Below are positions 46,128 through 63,158 of a stretch of DNA of 64,000 nt, piece by piece. The stretch comes from Escherichia coli (GTDB lineage: Bacteria > Pseudomonadota > Gammaproteobacteria > Enterobacterales > Enterobacteriaceae). A program made the position numbers and the translations under genes. Location: NCBI RefSeq assembly GCF_024502345.1, contig NZ_JALDNN010000001.1; one strand, 5' to 3'. Within the stretch, counting starts at the first letter, position 1, and each line of letters opens with the position of its first letter. The notes under the pieces are model-generated. The model worked only from the letters and a program-made list of their open reading frames with translations. It had not been told where the DNA came from and searched no databases.

Positions 46128-48410
46128 ATGGAAAACAATCGCAATTTCCCTGCCAGACAATTTCATTCGCTCACGTTCTTTGCCGGTCTTTGTATTGGCA
46201 TCACGCCTGTGGCTCAGGCACTCGCCGCCGAAGGGCAAACTAACGCGGATGACACGCTGGTTGTCGAAGCATCAACGCCTTCGCTTTATGCGCCACAACA
46301 ATCTGCCGATCCGAAATTCTCGCGTCCGGTAGCGGATACTACCCGCACGATGACGGTGATTTCTGAACAAGTGATTAAAGATCAGGGCGCAACCAACCTT
46401 ACCGACGCGCTCAAAAACGTCCCCGGCGTGGGTGCGTTTTTTGCGGGTGAGAACGGTAACTCCACCACTGGCGACGCCATTTATATGCGCGGTGCTGATA
46501 CCTCTAACAGTATTTATATTGATGGCATTCGCGATATCGGCAGCGTCTCGCGCGACACCTTCAATACTGAGCAGGTCGAAGTGATTAAAGGGCCTTCCGG
46601 CACCGACTACGGGCGCAGCGCGCCGACGGGCTCGATCAATATGATCAGCAAGCAGCCGCGCAATGATTCCGGCATTGACGCCTCCGCCAGTATTGGCAGC
46701 GCCTGGTTCCGCCGCGGCACGCTGGACGTCAATCAGGTCATTGGTGATACCACTGCGGTGCGCCTGAATGTGATGGGCGAAAAAACGCACGATGCCGGAC
46801 GCGACAAAGTCAAAAATGAGCGTTACGGCGTCGCCCCTTCTATCGCTTTTGGCCTTGGTACAGCGAATCGTTTGTATCTTAATTATCTGCATGTCACCCA
46901 GCACAACACGCCAGACGGCGGCATTCCGACCATCGGTTTGCCGGGTTATTCTGCCCCATCTGCGGGAACAGCGGCTCTGAATCATTCCGGAAAAGTTGAT
47001 ACTCATAACTTTTACGGCACGGATTCCGATTACGACGATTCGACCACCGACACCGCCACCATGCGTTTTGAGCACGACATCAACGATAACACCACCATTC
47101 GCAATACTACCCGTTGGTCGCGCGTAAAGCAGGATTACCTGATGACGGCGATTATGGGCGGGGCGTCGAATATTACTCAGCCCACCAGCGATGTGAATAG
47201 CTGGACCTGGTCACGCACGGCGAATACCAAAGATGTGAGTAATAAAATTCTCACCAACCAGACCAACCTGACCTCGACGTTCTATACCGGTTCTATCGGT
47301 CATGATGTCAGTACCGGCGTGGAATTTACCCGTGAAACGCAGACTAACTACGGCGTTAATCCGGTGACGTTACCCGCGGTAAATATTTATCATCCTGACA
47401 GCAGCATTCATCCCGGCGGCCTGACGCGCAACGGCGCAAACGCCAATGGTCAGACGGATACCTTCGCAATTTACGCCTTCGATACGCTGCAAATCACCCG
47501 TGATTTTGAGCTGAACGGCGGGATCCGTCTGGATAATTATCATACTGAATATGACAGTGCCACCGCCTGCGGCGGCAGCGGACGCGGTGCCATCACCTGC
47601 CCAGCTGGTGTGGCAAAAGGTTCTCCGGTCACCACCGTCGACACCGCCAAGTCGGGCAATCTGGTGAACTGGAAAGCCGGGGCGCTGTATCACCTGACGG
47701 AAAACGGTAATGTCTATATTAACTATGCCGTTTCCCAGCAGCCTCCGGGCGGCAACAACTTCGCCCTTGCGCAGTCTGGCAGCGGTAACAGTGCCAACCG
47801 CACCGATTTTAAACCGCAAAAAGCCAACACCAGCGAGATTGGCACCAAATGGCAGGTTCTGGATAAACGTCTGTTGCTCACCGCCGCGCTGTTCCGTACT
47901 GATATCGAAAATGAAGTTGAGCAAAATGATGACGGAACTTACTCGCAATACGGTAAGAAACGCGTCGAAGGCTATGAGATATCCGTGGCCGGGAATATCA
48001 CTCCCGCGTGGCAGGTGATTGGCGGCTATACCCAGCAAAAAGCAACCATCAAAAACGGCAAAGATGTTGCCCAGGATGGTTCCTCATCGCTGCCGTATAC
48101 CCCGGAGCACGCCTTCACCTTATGGAGCCAATATCAGGCAACCGACGATATCTCTGTTGGCGCGGGCGCACGCTATATCGGCAGTATGCATAAAGGTTCA
48201 GACGGCGCGGTGGGAACGCCAGCATTTACCGAAGGTTACTGGGTCGCCGATGCCAAACTGGGGTATCGGGTTAATCGCAATCTCGACTTCCAGCTAAACG
48301 TCTACAACCTGTTTGATACTGATTACGTCGCCTCAATCAACAAGAGCGGCTACCGTTATCACCCGGGCGAGCCAAGAACCTTCTTGCTCACAGCCAATAT
48401 GCATTTCTGA
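46128..48410 (+). CDS. fiu: TonB-dependent catecholate siderophore receptor Fiu
   Basis: 760-aa ORF; signal peptide, plug and barrel domains, C-terminal aromatic residue. Confidence 0.93.
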
Positions 48411-48451
48411 TTCAGATGTGGGGCGCAGGCCCCACTTTTTGGAGAACTTGT

Positions 48452-49129
48452 ATGATGTACCACATTCCCGGCGTGTTATCGCCACAGGACGTCGCCCGGT
48501 TTCGCGAACAACTGGAACAAGCCGAATGGGTGGATGGACGCGTCACCACCGGCGCACAAGGTGCGCAAGTTAAGAACAATCAACAGGTCGACACCCGCAG
48601 CACGTTATACGCCGCCCTGCAAAATGAGGTGCTGAACGCGGTTAACCAACATGCTTTGTTCTTTGCCGCGGCCTTGCCGCGTACCCTTTCCACGCCGCTG
48701 TTTAATCGCTATCAGAACAATGAAACCTATGGTTTCCATGTGGATGGCGCAGTACGCAGCCATCCACAAAACGGCTGGATGCGTACTGACCTTTCTGCCA
48801 CGCTGTTTTTAAGCGATCCACAAAGCTACGACGGCGGCGAACTGGTCGTTAATGACACCTTCGGACAACATCGGGTAAAACTCCCGGCAGGCGATCTCGT
48901 GTTGTATCCCTCCAGCAGCCTGCATTGCGTGACACCCGTAACCCGCGGCGTACGAGTGGCATCATTTATGTGGATCCAGTCGATGATCCGCGATGATAAA
49001 AAGCGCGCCATGCTGTTTGAACTGGACAACAATATTCAGTCGCTGAAAAGCCGCTACGGCGAAAGTGAAGAGATCCTGTCGCTGCTTAATCTTTATCATA
49101 ATCTGCTGCGGGAATGGTCGGAGATCTGA
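48452..49129 (+). CDS. ybiX: Fe(II)/2-oxoglutarate-dependent oxygenase (PKHD-type hydroxylase) YbiX
   Basis: 225 aa from ATG 48452; HxD...H iron-binding pattern. Confidence 0.88.
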
Positions 49130-49202
49130 TGCTTGAACTGCCCGAGTTCGTCCCTGGATTAGCTACACTTAACTGTACAAGTATTGATATGGGGAGGTCG
49201 AT

Positions 49203-49469
49203 ATGGCATCCGGTTGGGCTAACGATGACGCCGTCAACGAACAGATCAACAGTACAATTGAAGATGCGATTGCCCGCGCTCGGGGTGAAATTCCGCGTGG
49301 CGAAAGCCTGTATGAATGTGAAGAGTGCGGTGCCCCCATCCCGCAAGCCCGTCGGGAAGCCATTCCTGGCGTGCGCTTATGCATTCATTGTCAGCAGGAG
49401 AAAGATTTACAAAAACCAGCTTATACAGGATATAATCGCAGAGGTTCGAAAGACAGCCAGTTACGTTAA
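49203..49469 (+). CDS. ybiI: DksA/TraR-family C4-type zinc-finger protein YbiI
   Basis: 88-aa ORF with CEECGAPIP...CIHCQ zinc finger. Confidence 0.85.
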   Translation: MASGWANDDAVNEQINSTIEDAIARARGEIPRGESLYECEECGAPIPQARREAIPGVRLCIHCQQEKDLQKPAYTGYNRRGSKDSQLR

Positions 49470-49733
49470 CTACAACTGGCGAGATGTATAGCGAGTATAA
49501 TTTGTATTTTGCGTGGCATTCCGTGCCTTTAACGCTGTCGTGACTGCCACGCTGCATAAAACAAGTCCATAAGTACAACAAATAAATGGTTTATCAGTAT
49601 GTTAGATATCAATCAATTTATTTGAACAAGGCGGTCAATTCTCTTCGATTTTATCTCTCGTAAAAAAACGTGATACTCATCACATCGACGAAACAACGTC
49701 ACTTATACAAAAATCACCTGCGAGAGATTAATT

Positions 49734-49994
49734 ATGAAAACTATCAATACTGTTGTTGCTGCTATGGCTCTTTCAACTCTGTCATTTGGCGTGTTTGCCG
49801 CGGAACCGGTAACGGCATCCCAGGCACAGAACATGAATAAAATCGGCGTGGTTTCTGCCGATGGCGCATCCACCCTCGATGCCCTGGAAGCGAAACTGGC
49901 TGAGAAAGCCGCGGCAGCCGGTGCCAGTGGATACAGCATCACTTCCGCCACCAACAACAATAAATTAAGCGGTACTGCGGTAATTTATAAGTAA
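49734..49994 (+). CDS. ybiJ: DUF1471 small periplasmic protein YbiJ
   Basis: 86-aa ORF with signal peptide; shares LEAKLAEKA and VIYK motifs with mcbA. Confidence 0.85.
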   Translation: MKTINTVVAAMALSTLSFGVFAAEPVTASQAQNMNKIGVVSADGASTLDALEAKLAEKAAAAGASGYSITSATNNNKLSGTAVIYK

Positions 49995-49997
49995 TTC

Positions 49998-50120
49998 GTA
50001 GGACGGATAAGGCGTTTACGCCGCATCCGGCAACAGATGCCTGATGCGACGCTACCGCGTCTTATCAGGCCTACAAAATCCGAACCGTTGGACGGATCAG
50101 GCGTTTACGCTACGTCCAGC
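49998..50120. repeat. REP element cluster (three REP-like palindromes) downstream of ybiJ
   Basis: gtaggacggataaggcgtttacgccgcatccggc, gcctgatgcgacgctaccgcgtcttatcaggcctac, ggacggatcaggcgtttacgctacgtcc. Confidence 0.8.
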
Positions 50121-50194
50121 ACAAGTATTTCCCTGTCTGTTTGCCGACAGACGCATATGCTCTAACCCTCATTGATCCTATGTTACCCTTGTTT

Positions 50195-50222
50195 GCCCGT
50201 CCGCCACTGGACGGGCTTTTTT

Positions 50223-50224
<2 letters not shown>
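50195..50224 (+). terminator. rho-independent terminator between ybiJ and ybiC
   Basis: gcccgtcc...ggacgggc hairpin followed by T8. Confidence 0.6.
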
Positions 50225-51439
<1,215 letters not shown>

Positions 51440-51445
51440 AAAGAA

Positions 51446-52408
<963 letters not shown>

Positions 52409-52435
52409 TTACGACTCCTTACCTGACTCACATCA

Positions 52436-54586
52436 TTAACGCCGCCGACGGCGTGGGGATTTCGTTTTTTCTTTCTTTTTAACTATACCTTCAGGGACTT
52501 CCGGTTGCTCTATCGGAAATACCGGTAATGCATCCAGTAGTCGCTTGCCATAATTTTTGGTCAGCAAGCGTTTGTCGTAGATAACCACTTCGCCCCAGCA
52601 ACCGTGGCTTCGAATCAGTCGCCCAACCTGCTGAATCAGGTTAAACGAGGCGCTCGGCAGGCTTTGCACCTCAAACGGATAGCGGTTGAGGCTTTTCAGC
52701 CATTCCCCTTCGGTGATCACCACCGGGCTGTCGATGGGCGGAAAAGCGATTTTGTGGATATGCACCTGGCTGAGCAGATCACCTTTCAAATCAAGCCCTT
52801 CGGCAAATGACTGTAAGCCCACCAGCACACTACGCTCACCGTTGGCAACGCGTTTGCGGTGCAGTTCAACTAAGCGATAACGCGGCTGATCGCCCTGCAC
52901 CAGCAGCATCAGGCGTAAATCCGTCACATAGTCGAGAAAGCGCTGCATCGCCCGTCCGCTGGCAAACAGTACCAACATACCGAGATGTTTTTTGCTCTCC
53001 ACCTGCTTACGGAAAAAGGCCGCCATTTCGGCAATATGCTGCTCTTCGTTGTCGATGGAAGGCTCAACGCGCATCCGGGGAATAACAATTTTGCCCTGTT
53101 CGCAGTGGTTAAAGGGGGAATCCAGCGCCACAAAACGGTCGCCCGCTTTCTCTTTCAGACCACTCATCTCCTGCAAACGCGAAAAACTATTCAGCGAACG
53201 CAAGGTTGCGGAGGTAACAATAATGTGCGGAATACTGCGCCACAGCAGCCTTTCCAGCTGATCGCTGACACGTATCCCCACGCAGTGAAACCAGAGATGC
53301 AGCTGCCCTTCGCGCTCTTCCCGCGTCGCCCATTTGGTCACCGGCGCACCGGAAGATTGCGCCAGAGACGCCAGCCGCCAGAGTTTGCTTTGCGCCTCGA
53401 ACATCCCCAACGCGCGGTTCATCTGCAAAATCAACCGATGCAGACGCACAATATCGTGGCTGCCGGTTTTCTCACTTAAATCGTTAAGAAATAACTCCGC
53501 CAGACCACGCAGCATCTCGGTGAGTTTTGCCAGCCGCTGGCAGATCTCCAGCACTTCATCAGGCAGTTCGCCCATCGCAAAACGGTGCTCTGCCTCCTGC
53601 CCGGCAGGCATGTAGAGATTGAGAATGTTGTTTAACGAGGCGATAAGCTCATACAACTCTTCACAATGCGCATTCAAACGTTCAGGGATCGCCAGCGGTG
53701 GGATGGTCTTCGGGCGAAACTGCTCCATGCAGGTAGCGACCAGTTTCGTGAACAAGTCCAGCTGTAGTCGATACCAGGGCGCGGTGATTTCGGCACTCAT
53801 CTCCAGCGCATCCCGGGCCACATCTGGCAGGTGATGACCTTCGTCCAGCACCAGCAGCAGATTTTTCGGGTCAGGTAGTACGGCTTCGCTTTCCATCGCC
53901 GCCATCACCAGCGCATGGTTTGCCACCACCACTTCCGCTTCCTGAATCTCCCGACGAGCAACAAAAAACGGGCATTCACGATAGTAGTAACAGTTGCGGT
54001 TGAGGCAGCTGGCTTTGTCGGTACTTAAACGACGCCAGAGATCGTCATCTATAGCGATATCAGTATGATCGCGCAGACCATCCCATTTATAAGTGTCGAG
54101 ATCGCCCTTCAGCTTCGCACAACGTTTTTGCTCTTCCTGATTATTTGGCGTCAGTTCGTCGTCAAGAAACGCCAGCAGATCCTGTTGCGTGGGCTCAGTG
54201 CTGGCGAGCGCCGTCAGATTACGCGGGCAAACGTAGCGCCCACGCCCAAAAGCGGCAGTGAATTTAAGATCGGGAATGATCTTTTTCAGCAGCGGTAAAT
54301 CTTTGCTGTAAATCTGATCCTGCAACGCCACGTTGGCGGTACTCACCACCAGCGTTTTTTGCTCTTCGCGGGCAATGGCGATGCCGGGGATCAAATAGGA
54401 GAGCGTTTTCCCAACACCGGTGGGGGCTTCAATCGCCAGATGCCGCCCTTCTTCTCCGGCCAGCGTTTTGGCGACGTCCGCAATCATCTGCCGCTGCGGC
54501 GCACGGGGAATAAAGTCGGGGATCTGTTCCTGAAGCGCCTTATACCAGGCGGCAATTTGCGCTTTAAGCGCGGCGGTTAATGCCAT
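52436..54586 (-). CDS. dinG: ATP-dependent DNA helicase DinG (Fe-S, superfamily 2)
   Basis: 716 aa from ATG at 54586 (track ORF extended by 45 codons); Walker A APTGVGKT, DEGH box, Cys cluster. Confidence 0.93.
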   Translation of the reverse strand: MALTAALKAQIAAWYKALQEQIPDFIPRAPQRQMIADVAKTLAGEEGRHLAIEAPTGVGKTLSYLIPGIAIAREEQKTLVVSTANVALQDQIYSKDLPLLKKIIPDLKFTAAFGRGRYVCPRNLTALASTEPTQQDLLAFLDDELTPNNQEEQKRCAKLKGDLDTYKWDGLRDHTDIAIDDDLWRRLSTDKASCLNRNCYYYRECPFFVARREIQEAEVVVANHALVMAAMESEAVLPDPKNLLLVLDEGHHLPDVARDALEMSAEITAPWYRLQLDLFTKLVATCMEQFRPKTIPPLAIPERLNAHCEELYELIASLNNILNLYMPAGQEAEHRFAMGELPDEVLEICQRLAKLTEMLRGLAELFLNDLSEKTGSHDIVRLHRLILQMNRALGMFEAQSKLWRLASLAQSSGAPVTKWATREEREGQLHLWFHCVGIRVSDQLERLLWRSIPHIIVTSATLRSLNSFSRLQEMSGLKEKAGDRFVALDSPFNHCEQGKIVIPRMRVEPSIDNEEQHIAEMAAFFRKQVESKKHLGMLVLFASGRAMQRFLDYVTDLRLMLLVQGDQPRYRLVELHRKRVANGERSVLVGLQSFAEGLDLKGDLLSQVHIHKIAFPPIDSPVVITEGEWLKSLNRYPFEVQSLPSASFNLIQQVGRLIRSHGCWGEVVIYDKRLLTKNYGKRLLDALPVFPIEQPEVPEGIVKKKEKTKSPRRRRR

Positions 54587-54598
54587 GAGAAAACCTGA

Positions 54599-54618
54599 AA
54601 TACTGTATAAACAGCCAA
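54599..54618. promoter_or_regulatory. LexA (SOS) box upstream of dinG, non-canonical left half
   Basis: minus-strand TATTGGCTGTTTATACAGTA compared with consensus TACTGT-N8-ACAGTA. Confidence 0.6.
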
Positions 54619-54705
54619 TATTGTGGCATTTTTCGGTTTTCAGGGGTAATGGTTTTTCTGTTTCTGGAAAGCGGCTCGCAATAACCACCAACATAATGCG
54701 GTTTA

Positions 54706-55188
54706 ATGCCCGTTCGAGCACAAAGGATCCAACACGTCATGCAAGACACCATCATAAATTTCTACAGCACCAGCGATGACTACGGTGATTTTTCTAACTT
54801 TGCCGCCTGGCCCATCAAGGTTGACGGGAAAACCTGGCCCACCTCAGAACACTATTTTCAGGCACAAAAATTCCTTGATGAAAAATACCGCGAAGAGATC
54901 CGTCGGGTTTCTTCCCCTATGGTCGCCGCACGCATGGGGCGCGATCGTTCTAAGCCTCTGCGTAAAAACTGGGAGTCGGTCAAAGAACAGGTGATGCGAA
55001 AAGCACTTCGCGCTAAATTCGAACAGCATCCAGAACTGCGTGCGCTCTTGCTGGCAACCGCGCCCGCAAAACTGGTTGAGCATACGGAAAACGATGCTTA
55101 CTGGGGAGACGGTGGTAATGGTAAGGGCAAGAATCGACTGGGCTACCTTTTAATGGAGTTGCGCGAACAATTGGCTATAGAGAAGTAA
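54706..55188 (+). CDS. ybiA: N-glycosidase YbiA (DUF1768)
   Basis: 160-aa ORF. Confidence 0.85.
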   Translation: MPVRAQRIQHVMQDTIINFYSTSDDYGDFSNFAAWPIKVDGKTWPTSEHYFQAQKFLDEKYREEIRRVSSPMVAARMGRDRSKPLRKNWESVKEQVMRKALRAKFEQHPELRALLLATAPAKLVEHTENDAYWGDGGNGKGKNRLGYLLMELREQLAIEK

Positions 55189-55239
55189 CGTCTCGGTGGC
55201 TTATGGGCGGTAAAACAGATAAATTTTTTCCCGTGTTCT

Positions 55240-55390
<151 letters not shown>

Positions 55391-55419
55391 TGATGCCGGG
55401 CATAGCCCGGCATAAAAGA

Positions 55420-56784
55420 TTACTGCGCAGCGGTAGGTTTACGCGGACGGCGGCGACGTTGTTGTTCGCCTGCCGGTTTGGCATCGCCGAGGCGGCGAGA
55501 CGGTTTTTCTGCAGGTTTCGCGCTTGCAGATTTTGCGCCACCTTCCCCACGGCGTGGTTGCTGTTGACCGCGACCACCACCTTGCCCACGACCGCCGCCG
55601 CCACGTTGCTGGCGACCGTTCTGGATCGGTTCGGCTTTGATTGACGGGTCCGGCTCATAGCCCGGAATCGCAATGCGCGGGATCTCTTTTTTCAGCAGTT
55701 TTTCGATATCACGCAGCAGTTTGTGTTCATCAACACACACCAGCGACAACGCTTCACCGGTAGCAGCCGCACGACCGGTACGCCCGATACGGTGGACATA
55801 ATCTTCAGGTACGTTTGGCAGTTCATAGTTGACGACGTGCGGCAGCTCTTCAATATCCAGGCCGCGCGCAGCGATGTCAGTTGCCACCAGTACACGAATA
55901 TCGCCCGATTTAAAATCAGCCAGCGCACGAGTACGCGCACCTTGCGATTTATTGCCGTGGATCGCCGCACTACGGATGCCATCTTTATTGAGCTGTTCAG
56001 CCAGATGGTTAGCGCCGTGTTTGGTACGGGTAAACACCAGCACCTGCTGCCAGTTCCCTTTCCCAATCATGTGCGACAGCAATTCGCGTTTGCGTTTCTT
56101 ATCGACAAAGTGAACGTGCTGGGTCACCTGATCAGACGCGGTATTGCGGCGTGCCACTTCGATTTCCAGCGGGTTGTGCAACAGTTTTTCCGCCAGGGCT
56201 TTAATATCATCAGAGAAGGTCGCGGAGAATAACAGGTTCTGGCGCTTCGCAGGTAGTTTTGTTAACACGCGACGGATATCGTGGATAAAGCCCATGTCGA
56301 GCATGCGGTCAGCTTCATCGAGGACGAGGATTTCAACCTGATCCAGCTTCACTGCATTTTGATGTTCCAGGTCCAGCAAACGTCCCGGCGTTGCCACCAG
56401 CACATCAACGCCGCCGCGCAACTTCATCATTTGTGGGTTAATGCTGACACCGCCAAACACCACCAGCGAACGAATGTTCAGGTATTTGCTGTAATCACGG
56501 ACGTTTTCGCCAATCTGTGCCGCCAGTTCACGGGTCGGGGTAAGAATGAGCGCACGTACCGGACGACGCCCTTTGGCGTGCGGCTGGCGAGTGATCAGGT
56601 GTTGCAACAGCGGCAGCGTAAAGCCCGCTGTTTTGCCGGTGCCGGTCTGGGCGCTAGCCATCAGGTCGCGGCCTTCCAGCACCGCAGGGATCGCCTGCTG
56701 CTGAATAGGGGTGGGTTCACGGTAACCCTGCTCGGCAACGGCGCGCAGGATATCAGGGCTTAAACCCAAAGAATCGAAAGACAT
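55420..56784 (-). CDS. rhlE: ATP-dependent DEAD-box RNA helicase RhlE
   Basis: 454-aa ORF; Q motif, Walker [13 protein letters not shown] box, basic RG-rich C-terminal tail. Confidence 0.94.
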   Translation of the reverse strand: MSFDSLGLSPDILRAVAEQGYREPTPIQQQAIPAVLEGRDLMASAQTGTGKTAGFTLPLLQHLITRQPHAKGRRPVRALILTPTRELAAQIGENVRDYSKYLNIRSLVVFGGVSINPQMMKLRGGVDVLVATPGRLLDLEHQNAVKLDQVEILVLDEADRMLDMGFIHDIRRVLTKLPAKRQNLLFSATFSDDIKALAEKLLHNPLEIEVARRNTASDQVTQHVHFVDKKRKRELLSHMIGKGNWQQVLVFTRTKHGANHLAEQLNKDGIRSAAIHGNKSQGARTRALADFKSGDIRVLVATDIAARGLDIEELPHVVNYELPNVPEDYVHRIGRTGRAAATGEALSLVCVDEHKLLRDIEKLLKKEIPRIAIPGYEPDPSIKAEPIQNGRQQRGGGGRGQGGGRGQQQPRRGEGGAKSASAKPAEKPSRRLGDAKPAGEQQRRRRPRKPTAAQ

Positions 56785-56975
56785 AACTACTCCGAACCGC
56801 CCCGACCGTTACCGGTGTAGTTTTCAGGGAGATACTGAAAAGGAAAATGACAAAAACCACAATGTCATGAGGGAGCGGAGTGTAGCAGTTTTTGTGACGC
56901 AGCGCATAAATTATCCCTGTGACTGGCGTAGCTAAAATTCTTAGCCATACTGGACAACTCCCATATGGAGTCATA

Positions 56976-56999
56976 ATCTTAATCAATCATTTGATTAAG
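56976..56999. promoter_or_regulatory. candidate operator: perfect 10-bp inverted repeat upstream of cecR
   Basis: TCTTAATCAA-tcat-TTGATTAAGA ending 14 nt before the cecR ATG. Confidence 0.45.
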
Positions 57000-57012
57000 A
57001 ATGGACTGTGCG

Positions 57013-60403
<3,391 letters not shown>

Positions 60404-60411
<8 letters not shown>

Positions 60412-61537
60412 CCCGATCCTGTCCTGGCGTCGCGTACGGGCGCTGTGCGTTAAAGAGACGCGGCAGATCGTTCGCGATCCGAGTAGCTGGCTGATTGCGG
60501 TAGTGATCCCGCTGCTACTGCTGTTTATTTTTGGTTACGGCATTAACCTCGACTCCAGCAAGCTGCGGGTCGGGATTTTACTGGAACAGCGTAGCGAAGC
60601 GGCGCTGGATTTCACCCACACCATGACCGGTTCGCCCTACATCGACGCCACCATCAGCGATAACCGTCAGGAACTGATCGCCAAAATGCAGGCGGGGAAA
60701 ATTCGCGGTCTGGTGGTTATTCCGGTGGATTTTGCGGAACAGATGGAGCGCGCCAACGCCACCGCACCGATTCAGGTGATCACCGACGGCAGTGAGCCGA
60801 ATACCGCTAACTTTGTACAGGGGTATGTCGAAGGGATCTGGCAGATCTGGCAAATGCAGCGAGCGGAGGACAACGGGCAGACTTTTGAACCGCTTATTGA
60901 TGTACAAACCCGCTACTGGTTTAACCCGGCGGCGATTAGCCAGCACTTCATTATCCCCGGTGCGGTGACCATTATCATGACGGTCATCGGCGCGATTCTC
61001 ACCTCGCTGGTGGTGGCGCGAGAATGGGAACGCGGCACCATGGAGGCTCTGCTCTCTACGGAGATTACCCGCACGGAACTGCTGCTGTGTAAGCTGATCC
61101 CTTATTACTTTCTCGGGATGCTGGCGATGTTGCTGTGTATGCTGGTGTCAGTGTTTATTCTCGGCGTGCCGTATCGCGGGTCGCTGCTGATTCTGTTTTT
61201 TATCTCCAGCCTGTTTTTACTCAGTACCCTGGGGATGGGGCTGCTGATTTCCACGATTACCCGCAACCAGTTCAATGCCGCTCAGGTCGCCCTGAACGCC
61301 GCTTTTCTGCCGTCGATTATGCTTTCCGGCTTTATTTTTCAGATCGACAGTATGCCCGCGGTGATCCGCGCGGTGACGTACATTATTCCCGCTCGTTATT
61401 TCGTCAGCACCCTGCAAAGCCTGTTCCTCGCCGGGAATATTCCAGTGGTGCTGGTGGTAAACGTGCTGTTTTTGATCGCTTCGGCGGTGATGTTTATCGG
61501 CCTGACGTGGCTGAAAACCAAACGTCGGCTGGATTAG
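60404..61537 (+). CDS. ybhS: ABC-2 type permease YbhS
   Basis: 377-aa membrane protein; overlaps ybhF by 8 nt. Confidence 0.9.
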
Positions 61538-61547
61538 GGAGAAGAGC

Positions 61548-62654
61548 ATGTTTCATCGCTTATGGACGTTAATCCGCAAAGAGTTGCAGTCGCTGCTGCG
61601 CGAACCGCAAACCCGCGCGATTCTGATTTTACCTGTGCTTATTCAGGTGATTCTGTTCCCGTTCGCCGCCACGCTGGAAGTGACTAACGCCACCATCGCC
61701 ATCTACGATGAAGATAACGGCGAGCATTCGGTGGAGCTGACCCAACGTTTTGCCCGCGCCAGCGCCTTTACTCATGTGCTGCTGCTGAAAAGCCCACAGG
61801 AGATCCGCCCAACCATCGACACACAAAAGGCGTTACTCCTGGTGCGTTTCCCGGCTGACTTCTCGCGCAAACTGGATACCTTCCAGACCGCGCCGTTGCA
61901 GTTGATCCTCGACGGGCGTAACTCCAACAGTGCGCAAATTGCCGCCAACTACCTGCAACAGATCGTCAAAAATTATCAGCAGGAGCTGCTGGAAGGAAAA
62001 CCGAAACCTAACAACAGCGAGCTGGTGGTACGCAACTGGTATAACCCGAATCTCGACTACAAATGGTTTGTGGTGCCGTCACTGATCGCCATGATCACCA
62101 CTATCGGCGTAATGATCGTCACTTCACTTTCCGTCGCCCGCGAACGTGAACAAGGTACGCTCGATCAGCTACTGGTTTCGCCGCTCACCACCTGGCAGAT
62201 CTTCATCGGCAAAGCCGTACCGGCGTTAATTGTCGCCACCTTCCAGGCCACCATTGTGCTGGCGATTGGTATCTGGGCGTATCAAATCCCCTTCGCCGGA
62301 TCGCTGGCGCTGTTCTACTTTACGATGGTGATTTACGGTTTATCGCTGGTGGGATTCGGTCTGTTGATTTCATCACTCTGCTCGACACAACAGCAGGCGT
62401 TTATCGGCGTGTTTGTCTTTATGATGCCCGCCATTCTCCTTTCCGGTTACGTTTCGCCGGTGGAAAACATGCCAGTATGGCTGCAAAACCTGACGTGGAT
62501 TAACCCTATTCGCCACTTTACGGACATTACCAAGCAGATTTATTTGAAGGATGCGAGTCTGGATATTGTGTGGAATAGTTTATGGCCGCTACTGGTGATA
62601 ACGGCCACGACAGGGTCAGCGGCGTACGCGATGTTTAGACGTAAGGTGATGTAA
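61548..62654 (+). CDS. ybhR: ABC-2 type permease YbhR
   Basis: 368-aa membrane protein, paralog of ybhS. Confidence 0.9.
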
Positions 62655-63026
62655 CTTCTTATCTTTCGCCAGCAAAGACACTACCGCCGGGCCGGCAAGG
62701 ATTGCCAGCCCTGCAATTGCCAGCAAAAAGTTGTTTTCCAGTACGCGGGACAACAGCCACAGCACAATCAGCGCTGCGCCAAAATACCAGGTCGTGGTCA
62801 GCTCTTCCAGCACGTCTGCCACCTCACGCCAGCGTTGCTCGGGGTGGCGCTGAAACACCAACATCATCACTACCGTGACACAATACAGTGCGCATAATCC
62901 CACGCCGACGTGAACCAGAGTCTTACTCATCCAGCCCACCACCAGCAGCGCCACTACCAGTAAATGCAACATAATCTGCCAGCAACTTAGACCCGTTGCG
63001 ACACGAACACGTTGTTGCCACTTCAT
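62616..63026 (-). CDS. ybhQ: inner membrane protein YbhQ
   Basis: 136-aa hydrophobic ORF; 3' end overlaps ybhR 3' end by 39 nt. Confidence 0.8.
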
Positions 63027-63158
63027 GGCTTCTCTCCTGAAGAATTTATCTCTACTTACTCAGAGTACCGAACTTTACGGAAAATTCCGTAAGACCGCAC
63101 CTTTTTGTGACGCCGACTACACTATTTCAATGAGATAAGAGGCAAAGACAGGAAAATT

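Noticed and set aside
46272-48038. 267-aa and 222-aa minus-strand ORFs inside fiu
   Set aside because: Antisense to the TonB-dependent receptor gene; low-complexity Arg/Gly/Ala-rich translation typical of antisense frames
55723-56763. 169-aa and 160-aa plus-strand ORFs inside rhlE
   Set aside because: Antisense to the DEAD-box helicase gene; no RBS or conserved domain evident
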